From positions 1 to 64,000 of the forward strand of contig JBMNIW010000007.1 in assembly GCA_050951325.1 (NCBI GenBank): 64,000 nucleotides of DNA. The letters run 5' to 3'. The position numbers were made by a program, and so were the translations under genes. Positions 47,682-57,257 of the stretch are shown piece by piece. The notes under the pieces are model-generated. The model was not told the DNA's origin and made no database searches. It saw nothing but the letters and a program-made list of their open reading frames with translations. Position 1 is the stretch's first letter. The number at the start of each line of letters is the position of its first letter. This stretch comes from Clostridia bacterium (GTDB lineage Bacteria; Bacillota; Clostridia; UBA1212; DUPL01).

Positions 47682-48758
47682 TTACCTGTTTTTAATCACA
47701 TCAAGACCTTCAAACAAGTACATCTTTTCCTTATGCATCCGGCGGTATTGATCAGGAGTTACCTCCATCTTCTTTTTGAATACCCTGCTAAGATAAACAG
47801 GAGATTTGTAGCCTATCATGTCTGCAATCTGTGCAATGGTATACTCCGTGGTTGCAAACAAATGACATGCTTCTTTAATCCTGACCTCTTGAAGAATGGT
47901 TTTAAAAGGTACTCCTATTGATTCCTTAATCAGCTTGGAAAGATGCGGTTCTGAGTAATTGAAATGTCTTGCTGCATCGGACAGGGATGTGGATTGGTAA
48001 TTCTCCTGTATGTACCTGAGTATCTTCTCTGAAAATTCGCAATTTTCCGCTTCATGAGTCTCATCTTCATTTTCTGCCAGATATTCCAGTATTACCGTAA
48101 GCAAGGAGGCCTTTGTATTTGGATTGTTCTGCCCGTTAAATGCTTCTGAAAAAAGAAGAGCCAATGCACTTCTCAGCATGTTGTTGTGCAGTGCATGGAA
48201 CATGAGGAAGCCTCTTTTATCCATGGAAGGCATATAATAATTCTGTTTTATAAATTTGACTATTCCTTTATCCTGCGACAGTCTCTTGAAAAAACTTTCA
48301 TCAAACAAGGATTTTTTAATAATCACATTAATTAATATACTGTCATCCACCACCTCCAGTTTGTGTTGAACGCCAGGAGCAATTATACATATGTCTGCTT
48401 CCGACATTTTATACAGCTGTCCGTTGATAATGTTGCCTGCTTTCCCTTTCAGAACATATACCATTTCAAAGAAATTATGGTCATGCAGAAGGCATTCCAT
48501 GAATCTGGGATGTTTCCACACAGTTATTTCATCCTGATAAAAGTCGTCAAACAAAGTCATGAAGTCTACTTCCTGCATCATGCCAACAAACGCCCTTTGC
48601 AGCGCAGTATTATTCGAACTTTTGACATAGTCAAAAAGCTTGTCAAGTTCCTCTTTGTTATCCTTGACTTCCCAATACTTCTTACCCAGTTGTTCCATGT
48701 CATCCAAAGGTTCCAAATATGAAAACGTATCAGGAGGTGGAGTATAGATCATGTTCAT
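47682..48758 (-). CDS. AraC-family regulator, paralog of 12212..13273
   Basis: HDHNFFEMVYVL, GYKSPVYLSRVFKKKMEVTPDQYR. Confidence 0.92.
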   Translation of the reverse strand: MNMIYTPPPDTFSYLEPLDDMEQLGKKYWEVKDNKEELDKLFDYVKSSNNTALQRAFVGMMQEVDFMTLFDDFYQDEITVWKHPRFMECLLHDHNFFEMVYVLKGKAGNIINGQLYKMSEADICIIAPGVQHKLEVVDDSILINVIIKKSLFDESFFKRLSQDKGIVKFIKQNYYMPSMDKRGFLMFHALHNNMLRSALALLFSEAFNGQNNPNTKASLLTVILEYLAENEDETHEAENCEFSEKILRYIQENYQSTSLSDAARHFNYSEPHLSKLIKESIGVPFKTILQEVRIKEACHLFATTEYTIAQIADMIGYKSPVYLSRVFKKKMEVTPDQYRRMHKEKMYLFEGLDVIKNR

Positions 48759-48816
48759 TCCCCTTTTCTTTATATTTCAATTATAATTCACAATTGACAA
48801 TTTGACAACTTAATAT

Positions 48817-48844
48817 CAAAAGTCACATTAACATTACCAAAAGT
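48817..48844 (+). promoter_or_regulatory. CAAAAGT direct repeats 21 bp apart, candidate AraC half-sites
   Basis: caaaagt at 48817 and 48838 in the divergent promoter region. Confidence 0.4.
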
Positions 48845-49000
48845 TTATTCACTTATTTATCCATAATGATATAATTGCAGTAAGAACAATTGGGCAAATA
48901 AAAGTCCATATTATACATTTAGCAGCCAGCTAATTTTGAAATATAATATAATCAACGTAAAAGGTCAGTCGAGATACATACTTGGAAAGGAGTTTTAATT

Positions 49001-49898
49001 ATGAAAGCTTATAGTTACATAAAAACATTCACCTGTGTTTTCTGCATTCTCATGCTTGTCATACTAATGGGATGCAACAGAAACGATATTCATATAGGAG
49101 ATCTGCCTCCTGAATATCAGGCGAATGTGACGGGCAATATCACAGTATCATATCCCATGCATATATATATCCTGGGGACCCAACCTAATACCTTTCCTTG
49201 AAGGCTGGGGCGGAAAATGGTTTGACGATGTTAACAAGAAAGTCTTGTTTGTAAGTGATGAGAAAGTATTGAAAGGTTTTTCCGAGCTTGTTGGAGTTAT
49301 TGACGACGGTCTTGTACGTCCTGATGGAGTAAGTGGCAACTTCATGTCCAAATATGCAAAACTGAATGTAGAAGACACCGTATTCAGGGCAGGAGTTTTC
49401 CCTGGTCTTTATCAGGCAGGATTGGAATATCAGTCCAAGGGTGTAAACTGGAATATAGCAAACTGGCCACGATTCCCTGTTCATAGAGTAGGAACGGGAG
49501 CCACAGGTTTTGGAGTATACAACAGAACAAAAAGACCCGATACGGCCGCTGCTTTCTGTCTGTTTCTTTTTACAGACGAAGGACAAAGGGCATATCATGA
49601 ACAGGTAGGCGGTTCTGTTCCCCTTACTAAAAACTTGGCTATGGAAGATTTCTGGAGAATACCATGGCCAAAAGACAAAATTAACTACGACGCCTTCATC
49701 AGTTATCCAGAGGCTGATACAGTTGGTAAATTTCAATGCAGATTGCCAGACTCAGTCGCCAGCATAATTTTAAGCAGAATCAACAATGTATTCGAAGCCC
49801 ACCTTTCAGGAAGAACAGACTACAAAGACAGTTTGGGAGAGATTGAGAAACTAGCTACTGAAAAATGGGAGACCCTGTTTGAAGGTGAAAGAACATGA
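49001..49898 (+). pseudogene. sugar ABC solute-binding lipoprotein with internal deletion/frameshift
   Basis: Lipobox LMGC and GNITVSYP in one frame; GWGGKWFD...GATGFGV...DEGQRAY in another; about 300 codons in total. Confidence 0.8.
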
Positions 49899-49924
49899 AT
49901 GAAGGAGCCTTACGGCTCCTTCAT
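49899..49924. terminator. hairpin between convergent genes
   Basis: atgaaggagcc-ttac-ggctccttcat. Confidence 0.8.
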
Positions 49925-52900
49925 TATCTTCTCTCTGCAAGTTTTATAGTAATACTTGACTGCCTCTCCAGTTGTTTCAGAGCATCCACAACAGCATCAC
50001 CAACACGGTCTTTAGTACCCTTGTTGTTAAGTCTTTCCAGGTCTCTAAAGAGTACTCTTGAAAACATGGCTCTTAGACGAATATTCTCTTCAAACAAATC
50101 TTTGGAGTCATGAAGAGCTTCAAAAAAGTCGTCTCTTCTGTCATGCTCTATTCCCATAAGAGCGTTTTCCGCATTTGCCTGAGAGGCAAATACTCCAACC
50201 TTCCAGAAATCTTCTTTCTGAGCATCCACATTGGAAGGAATACCGCCATAATATTTATTAAGTATCTTCTGCCCTTCCACAGACTGTGAAAACCCAATCA
50301 GTTTCGCAGCCAGATTCTTCTTTTTGCTTGAATCCACCATGGCAAAACCATGAATAAAGTCCGTATTGCTTGCTCCCACATCTCCTTCAGGGAATTTTGG
50401 CAACGGCAGAATCAATAGATTATTATCCTTTGCAAGTTCTTCAGCATAATTTGCAGGATTCCTCATTAGTTCCTCCTCTGAAAGGAAATACATCCCGTTT
50501 CTGTCAGGTTGACTTGCAAAGGCAAAGGACATTCCGCATTTTGCATTCAAACTGTTCTTGGCATCAAATCCGTTTGCCTGAGCGTATCCTCTATTCAAAA
50601 GCATGAACATACTAGATAAACCTTCAAAGCTTTTGCCCTGTGTAAGGACAAGATCCAAATTATCCTCATCAAACCACTCTCCGCCAAAGCCCCGTACAAA
50701 CTGCATCCATACAAAGGCCTGGTGATATGGCAGATATACTCCGGTGTAGGACTTTGAGTTCTTTTTCTGTGTAAGTGCTTCTACCGTTTCTACAAAATCC
50801 TCATAAGTCCAATTGCTGTCTGGTACCTTGACACCAAGTTCTTCGAAAACGTTCAAGTCACACAATACAACAGCTCTGTCGTAATTGAACGGAACCCACT
50901 GAAGAGAGGTGCCCACCTTTCCTAAAGACAGTGCGGATTCAACCATCTTTTCGCCTTTAATACCGTGTTTTTCAAGGTCTGCAAACTGAGGACCCTTTTC
51001 TTTGCCGTAATATTTTGGATCCCTCATATACTCAAGAGCACTGTCGGCAGGTATTAATACCACATCTCCAGAAAGCTTTGCTGGAAAATCTTTCACAAAC
51101 TCAACCCTTACACCAACACCCTTGTTCTCTTTCTTGAAGGCATCAATGAATTCAACAAGAGTCTCTTTGAGTTTATCCATGTCAGCATCAGGTGAAATAT
51201 CTTCCCTTACAACCAAAGTTATCGTCTTCCTTTTGGAAGCTTCCGTTTCCTCAATTACATTTTCTCCACCTTCTTCAGGTTCCCGTTTTCTTCCGAAAAA
51301 ATGCAGCGATGATGCAATTGCCGCAATAGCAACAAGCAATATGACAGCGGAAATAATAATTCCTTTTTGCTGCATTTTAAGCAATACAACAGCTATTGCA
51401 ACAAGGGCAACAACACCAATGCCTAATGCGCCTATAACTCCGTAATTGATTTTAGAAGCTCTTGTCTCTTCCTTTTCAACAATATTTCCATCTTTCTTTA
51501 CGTATCTGAAGTTGAATCTTGAGTCAGGAGCTGCATCACCCAAATCCATGAACTGCATAACATCGCCCTCAGTGGTGGAGTTATCCGCCCATTTGAAATC
51601 AAAGTTGTCTCTCTTTTCAAGACCAACCAGGTTGTTTGGCACACATATAACCATCCTGTTGCCTTCCACCTTGTACTCTGCCTTGCCAACTTCCTCAAAC
51701 TCCCAACCACCGCCTGCAAATCTCTCTATGGTTGCGTACTTGTCGTCTCTACTTCTGTTGATTATATAATCATAACCTTCCCAACCTGTTTCATGGTTCT
51801 GGTCCACGTCCAGGAAAAGGTTCATCCAGTTCTCTCCGTCATCAAAAACAATATCATTCACACAGGAAACAAAGAAGTATGTCTTGTCATCCAATTTCGA
51901 AACTTTGGCATACTCTATGTCATTTCTTCCTGTATCGTTGGTATAGTGATAAGTTCCTGTAACGGATCTGTGGTTCCTGTGGGTGATGTCGTGCGTTATG
52001 TCTCTAAACTCAGGTTGAACCTTGCCCCACTTGTCCAAATCAACAGAAAGTCCCATATCATGGCTGCCTTCACCCAAAGGCAGTTCATCCATGCCCTTGA
52101 AAAGCCTTATGTAGTGGCAGAGTTGGTAGTAGAAATTGTCTCCAAAGAAACCATCAATAGGCTCAATATCCCTTGAGAATTCCACACTGAAACAGTCCAC
52201 AAAAACTTTACCAAATTGAAGGTCACCTACTACTGTGCTGTAAGTGCCTGCCACAGGCCATGATGGTGTATTGGAAGTTACCTCTGACCCTCCGTTTGTA
52301 AACTCGTTCCACCCTGTAACCATTATGACTTTTGGATCAAGCTCAAGGGCTCTTTCCCACTGTTCCTTGAAAGCAAGACCGTATTTCGTCTCTTCAAGAG
52401 AATATCCAAAGTCCTTCTTTCCATTTGATATCTGCTCTCCCTGTACAAAGCTTCTCCCTCTTGATGTGGAAGCGTGAAAACCTGCGGATACTGCCACCTG
52501 CTCTATTTCCCCACTTTTATTCTTACCGGGAACCTGAGGCCATTCTGCAATCCAGGGCCACCTGTCAACACCACCGTCATCTTCCGTCCATGTGTTGAAA
52601 GCCCAGCTGCGCTTGATTGTAAAGAAATCCTTCTGCTCGCCGCTTATATTTTTCGGGTTTCCAAAGATTAATGGTTTTCCTTCCCACATAAACCATAAAT
52701 TCTTGTATTTTCCTGGAGCATATATCTCCGACCATAAAACACCCAAATGGCTTTGCATCCTTTCAGGAGCATCGCCACAGTGGAAAACTATCTGGGGAGT
52801 GACTCCACCCTCGTCCCTTATCCCCTGCCATACTCTGAACAAAGTCTTCCAGGCAGACTGATACATATTTGGATTGGTTATGTCAAGGAACACAAAATCA

Positions 52901-53304
52901 ACACCTGCCGCAACAAGCATTTGAGCATGCTTTCTATACACCCATTCATCCTGGTTTTCGTAATAGCCGAAATATGGTTTTGCCCAAATATCTATGCCGT
53001 CTCTTACAAGGGCTTCCCAAACGCCTTCCTTGCCACTTGACTGGTAGATAAAACTCTTGTCGTTTAACCGTCTTCCTGCATAAGACGTGTCCATGAAAAG
53101 AAAATAGAAGATGCCTACGTACTTTTCCTTTTTCTTTTTACCTGCTTCCTTTTGTGTTGCCACTTTTCGCCCAAGACCGTCTGTTGCTACCCATGTTTTA
53201 GTAACACCCGAAAGATCGGATTGTGTTTTCGCCTGTCCCGAAACACCAAATGCGGGTATGGAATATATGAGAATAAACATAAAAGCAAAAATTTTTCTTA
53301 ACAT
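49924..53304 (-). CDS. GH99-like hydrolase (paralog 2) - TM hairpin - sugar solute-binding-protein fusion
   Basis: Signal peptide; family motifs to GDAAPDSRFNF; two hydrophobic helices; then SBP family-1-like motifs (FEELGVKVPDSNWTYEDF, FGGEWFD, SVEGQKIL). Confidence 0.75.
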   Translation of the reverse strand: MLRKIFAFMFILIYSIPAFGVSGQAKTQSDLSGVTKTWVATDGLGRKVATQKEAGKKKKEKYVGIFYFLFMDTSYAGRRLNDKSFIYQSSGKEGVWEALVRDGIDIWAKPYFGYYENQDEWVYRKHAQMLVAAGVDFVFLDITNPNMYQSAWKTLFRVWQGIRDEGGVTPQIVFHCGDAPERMQSHLGVLWSEIYAPGKYKNLWFMWEGKPLIFGNPKNISGEQKDFFTIKRSWAFNTWTEDDGGVDRWPWIAEWPQVPGKNKSGEIEQVAVSAGFHASTSRGRSFVQGEQISNGKKDFGYSLEETKYGLAFKEQWERALELDPKVIMVTGWNEFTNGGSEVTSNTPSWPVAGTYSTVVGDLQFGKVFVDCFSVEFSRDIEPIDGFFGDNFYYQLCHYIRLFKGMDELPLGEGSHDMGLSVDLDKWGKVQPEFRDITHDITHRNHRSVTGTYHYTNDTGRNDIEYAKVSKLDDKTYFFVSCVNDIVFDDGENWMNLFLDVDQNHETGWEGYDYIINRSRDDKYATIERFAGGGWEFEEVGKAEYKVEGNRMVICVPNNLVGLEKRDNFDFKWADNSTTEGDVMQFMDLGDAAPDSRFNFRYVKKDGNIVEKEETRASKINYGVIGALGIGVVALVAIAVVLLKMQQKGIIISAVILLVAIAAIASSLHFFGRKREPEEGGENVIEETEASKRKTITLVVREDISPDADMDKLKETLVEFIDAFKKENKGVGVRVEFVKDFPAKLSGDVVLIPADSALEYMRDPKYYGKEKGPQFADLEKHGIKGEKMVESALSLGKVGTSLQWVPFNYDRAVVLCDLNVFEELGVKVPDSNWTYEDFVETVEALTQKKNSKSYTGVYLPYHQAFVWMQFVRGFGGEWFDEDNLDLVLTQGKSFEGLSSMFMLLNRGYAQANGFDAKNSLNAKCGMSFAFASQPDRNGMYFLSEEELMRNPANYAEELAKDNNLLILPLPKFPEGDVGASNTDFIHGFAMVDSSKKKNLAAKLIGFSQSVEGQKILNKYYGGIPSNVDAQKEDFWKVGVFASQANAENALMGIEHDRRDDFFEALHDSKDLFEENIRLRAMFSRVLFRDLERLNNKGTKDRVGDAVVDALKQLERQSSITIKLAERR

Positions 53305-53423
53305 GAGCTACTCCTTTCCTGTAATAAATGTTAATATAGTATATCATAAATATTAATTGCGCAGGCTAATGAATTAAATGATAAAATATAATATAATTGT
53401 TAAAAAGGCATATGGAGGTTAAA

Positions 53424-55409
53424 ATGAACGCAAGAAGAATACTGTGCTCCCTTGTGCTTGTGGCATTAAGCCTGGCCATTATGGGTGTTTCCGGCATGGA
53501 AGAGGATTACAATATTGAACTTGTAAAACCAGATACATGGGTGGCAACCGATGGCCTTGGCAGAACCTTGTCAGGCTACAAGCAGGTGGGCCCAGAGAGG
53601 AAAGACAGGTATGTAGGAATGTTCTACTGGACCTGGCACGCTTCCCACGCAGAAGACAACTTGCCAAGAAATGTACAGCAAATACTTGACTCACTGGATC
53701 CTGACGAAGCTCAAAAAGCCCAAAACGACTATCACCATCCAGTTTGGGCGGACTATACGGGCTACCATTTCTGGAACGAGCCCATTTTTGGTTACTACTC
53801 CACCACGGACAAGTACGTTCTAAGAAAACATGCCGAAATGCTGGCAGACGCAGGAGTGGATGTAATATTCTTTGACTGCACAAATGCCGCCCACCTGTGG
53901 AGAGAGTCATACATGGCTCTTCTTGAAACTTTCTCGGAAGCAAGGAAACAGGGAGTAAAAACACCTCAAATATCTTTTATGCTGAACTTCGGACCAATGC
54001 CCTCAACCACAATTATGCTGGAGAAATTGTACGAAGATTTATACAAGGACGGCAAATACAAGGACTTGTGGTTTTACTGGGATGGAAAACCTTTAATAAT
54101 GGCCCATCCAGACGGACTGCATCCATTTTCGGATAACCACAATGAAATATTGGAGTTCTTCACTTTCAGACGCAACGAAGCCTCGTATTTCACCAGGGCT
54201 TACGGCATGGGATACTGGGGCTGGCTCTCCATATATCCACAAGGCAAATTCGGCGTTGACAACGACGGCAATGTGGAGCAAATGACTGTTGGAGTTGCTC
54301 AGAATGCAACAGAGGAGTTCCTCACTGCCATGAATGGCAAAAACGTCCTTGGAAGAAGCTATACTTCTGGTGACTACTATTACACATATAAATACAAGAA
54401 TAAGAAAATAAAAGTTGACAAGAATATCGAAAACTCAAAACTCTACGGGCTTAATTTCCAACAACAGTGGGATTACGCCATCAAAAACGACCCTGAATTC
54501 ATATTCGTCACTGGCTGGAATGAATGGGTTGCTTTAAGATTTTCAGAGTGGCAGGGTGTTGAAAACGCATTCCCGGATCAGTTTAACGATGAGTATTCAA
54601 GAGATATAGAGCCATCAAAAGGAGACTTGAAAGACCACTACTATTATCAACTGGTGGAAAACATACGTAGATTCAAAGGTGTAAGCAAGCCTGAAAAGCT
54701 TAACGCAAAGAAAACGATAGACATATTCGGCTCTCTTGACCAGTGGGACGAAATAACTCCATTCTACCACTACACCCAAAACACATGGGACAGAGACCAC
54801 AATGGATATAAAGGCACACATTACACAAACAAAACGATGAGGAATGACATAAGGGTGGCAAAAGTAAGTTTTGATAGAAAGAACATATACTTTTACGTGG
54901 AAACCGTCGACAAACTTACTTCCCATAAGGACCGCGGCTGGATGAGGCTTTTTATCGACACCAGGAAGGCAACGAAAAACTCAAAAGACTGGGAAGAGAT
55001 TGAGTATGTGGTTAACAGAATCAACCCGACAGACCAAGTGGCGTATGTTGAAAAAAGCAAAGGCGGTTGGAATTGGGAGGTCGTTGCAGAAGTTAAATAC
55101 TCTGTAAAGGATAATGTACTGCAACTAGAGATACCTAGAAAAGTTCTTGGTCTTAATTCTTTAGGGGATCCTGTTTTTAACTTCAAGTGGGCGGATAACA
55201 ACTGTCTGAATGGGGACATCTTTACCTTTTACACAGACGGAGATGCCGCTCCCGGTGGAAGGTTCATGTTCCACTTCAATACAAACCAGGGATTAAGTAC
55301 AATTGCCACAGCAATAATTACCATATCAGTTCTTGCTGTTGCAATTGTTTCAACACTGCTCACAACTAGAAAAAAAAGAAAAGAAAGGAGTCATAAAAGT
55401 GAGTTTTAG
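53424..55409 (+). CDS. GH99-like hydrolase (paralog 3), signal peptide plus C-terminal TM anchor
   Basis: YVGMFYWTWH, WNEPIFGYY, VTGWNEW, EYSRDIEP, GDAAPGGRF; TM followed by RKKRK tail. Confidence 0.7.
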   Translation: MNARRILCSLVLVALSLAIMGVSGMEEDYNIELVKPDTWVATDGLGRTLSGYKQVGPERKDRYVGMFYWTWHASHAEDNLPRNVQQILDSLDPDEAQKAQNDYHHPVWADYTGYHFWNEPIFGYYSTTDKYVLRKHAEMLADAGVDVIFFDCTNAAHLWRESYMALLETFSEARKQGVKTPQISFMLNFGPMPSTTIMLEKLYEDLYKDGKYKDLWFYWDGKPLIMAHPDGLHPFSDNHNEILEFFTFRRNEASYFTRAYGMGYWGWLSIYPQGKFGVDNDGNVEQMTVGVAQNATEEFLTAMNGKNVLGRSYTSGDYYYTYKYKNKKIKVDKNIENSKLYGLNFQQQWDYAIKNDPEFIFVTGWNEWVALRFSEWQGVENAFPDQFNDEYSRDIEPSKGDLKDHYYYQLVENIRRFKGVSKPEKLNAKKTIDIFGSLDQWDEITPFYHYTQNTWDRDHNGYKGTHYTNKTMRNDIRVAKVSFDRKNIYFYVETVDKLTSHKDRGWMRLFIDTRKATKNSKDWEEIEYVVNRINPTDQVAYVEKSKGGWNWEVVAEVKYSVKDNVLQLEIPRKVLGLNSLGDPVFNFKWADNNCLNGDIFTFYTDGDAAPGGRFMFHFNTNQGLSTIATAIITISVLAVAIVSTLLTTRKKRKERSHKSEF

Positions 55410-57201
55410 GAAATTTACCACATTGTTATCATGCCTTTTACTCCCTTTAAGCATAACGGCAGGATGTACAAATGTATTGAAAAAAACCGTGGATGCCTAT
55501 AGTGTAAATGAAGGCAGAAACTTTAACTACTTATGCGGAGTAGACCAATTCGGGAGGATTTTTGAACCTGTTACAGGCATGAATGAAGAAAAACATGTAG
55601 GCATGTTCTATTTTTTATGGCATGGCGAATCAGGAGTCACAACGCATAATATTACTCAGCTTCTTAAAGAAGATCCGGATGCTTTGTTTGATGTAAAAGG
55701 CTCGAGCAAAAGCCCATTGAATGCTTTCCACTACTGGGACGAACCCATATTTGGCTATTACCGTTCGGATGACAAATGGGTAATTGCAAGACACTGCGAG
55801 CTTCTTTCACAAGCAGGTATTGATTTTCTTGTGTTCGACACCACCAACGCCTTTATTTACGAGAAATCCTACACTGCCCTTCTGGAAGTATTCTCAGAAT
55901 ACCAGGAAAGAGGCTGGAATGTACCCAAAATCGCATTTTACACCAATTCCATGTCCATTAGGACCATGAACCAATTGTACGAAAAACTCTACAGCAAAGG
56001 CCTTTACAAAGAACTTTGGTACTGTCCGGACGGTGAAAGACCCCTAATCATTGGCGCATTAAATGCAGAACATGACAAGAAGATATATAACAATCCAAGT
56101 TACAACCCACCAGAGCTGACAGAAGAGTTTTTAAACTTCTTTGATTTAAGAAGTACGCAGTGGCCCTTTGACCCATTCATACCTGACGGATTCCCCTGGA
56201 TGGAGTGGCTGTATCCACAACCAAATCACAACGGTATTATGAATGTTTCTCTTGCCCAGCATCCGCAACTCCCCTTCAGCAACTCCTACTTCAACAGAAA
56301 CCTTAACAAGGGAAGAGGATACGACTTTGATAAAAAGGAAAACATTGAATCCGAATATGCAAAAGGATTAAATGCCCAGTATCAGTGGAATACAGTGCAC
56401 AAGAACGCAAAAGACGTTCATACAGTATTTGTAACCGGGTGGAACGAATGGATTGCTCAAAAGCTTAATTTGAGCGGAGCTATTGGTTTTGTCGACTGCT
56501 TCAATGAAGAGTTTTCAAGAGATATAGAACCTTCAAAGAACGGAACGTATCAGGATGCATTTATCATCCAACTTATTCAGAACGTACGCAAGTTTAAAGG
56601 GTTGAATGAGAAATTCAAAGCTCCTGACAAGGCAACCATAGATATTAAAGGCGATGTATCCCAGTGGGATAAAATAAGGAATACGTATATTAATATTTCT
56701 GAGACAGAAACAGGAAGAGACAGTAATTCAGTTGACTTCAAGTACAAGTATGTACAGGAAAAACCAAGGAATATTATAAAAGAGGTGAAAATCACCCACG
56801 ACAAGAATAATGCATACATCATGATAAAATGCGTAGACGATATAATAAGTGATACGGACGAAAACTGGATGAATGTCTTTATTGGCACCAATGATGTGAA
56901 ACTGCAGGGTTGGGAATGCTACAACTATGTTATTGGAAGAAGTGTTGATGGAGACAAAATCGCCCTTAACACACTTGATGAAAACGGCAGCGCAACCAAG
57001 GTTGCTGATGCAAGGTTTTCAATAAAGGGCGATGTCATGCAGATTGAAGTAAAACTTAAGGATCTTGGTCTTAAGACAAAAGACAAAGGCTTTTACTTCA
57101 AGGTAGCAGATGGCGTTGAGAACTATGAAGACATTATGGACTACTATGTAACAGGCGAAAGCTTCCCAATGGGCCGTCTAAGCTATTACTACTACTTCTA
57201 A
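55399..57201 (+). CDS. GH99-like hydrolase (paralog 4), lipoprotein
   Basis: GTG start after AAGGAG; lipobox ITAGC; HVGMFYFLWH, WDEPIFGYY, VTGWNEW, EFSRDIEP. Confidence 0.7.
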   Translation: MSFRKFTTLLSCLLLPLSITAGCTNVLKKTVDAYSVNEGRNFNYLCGVDQFGRIFEPVTGMNEEKHVGMFYFLWHGESGVTTHNITQLLKEDPDALFDVKGSSKSPLNAFHYWDEPIFGYYRSDDKWVIARHCELLSQAGIDFLVFDTTNAFIYEKSYTALLEVFSEYQERGWNVPKIAFYTNSMSIRTMNQLYEKLYSKGLYKELWYCPDGERPLIIGALNAEHDKKIYNNPSYNPPELTEEFLNFFDLRSTQWPFDPFIPDGFPWMEWLYPQPNHNGIMNVSLAQHPQLPFSNSYFNRNLNKGRGYDFDKKENIESEYAKGLNAQYQWNTVHKNAKDVHTVFVTGWNEWIAQKLNLSGAIGFVDCFNEEFSRDIEPSKNGTYQDAFIIQLIQNVRKFKGLNEKFKAPDKATIDIKGDVSQWDKIRNTYINISETETGRDSNSVDFKYKYVQEKPRNIIKEVKITHDKNNAYIMIKCVDDIISDTDENWMNVFIGTNDVKLQGWECYNYVIGRSVDGDKIALNTLDENGSATKVADARFSIKGDVMQIEVKLKDLGLKTKDKGFYFKVADGVENYEDIMDYYVTGESFPMGRLSYYYYF

Positions 57202-57212
57202 TGATTATCATT

Positions 57213-57246
57213 GACAAATTCCACACAGTAATGTGTGGAATCTGTT
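57213..57246. terminator. hairpin between convergent genes, at the edge of the AT-rich block
   Basis: attccacac-agtaat-gtgtggaat. Confidence 0.65.
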
Positions 57247-57257
57247 GTTAAGAATAT

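Noticed and set aside
49159-49170. (AT)5 tract as a phase-variation switch for the SBP gene
   Set aside because: Restoring the frame would still give only about 300 aa with the central domain missing; a deletion explains it better
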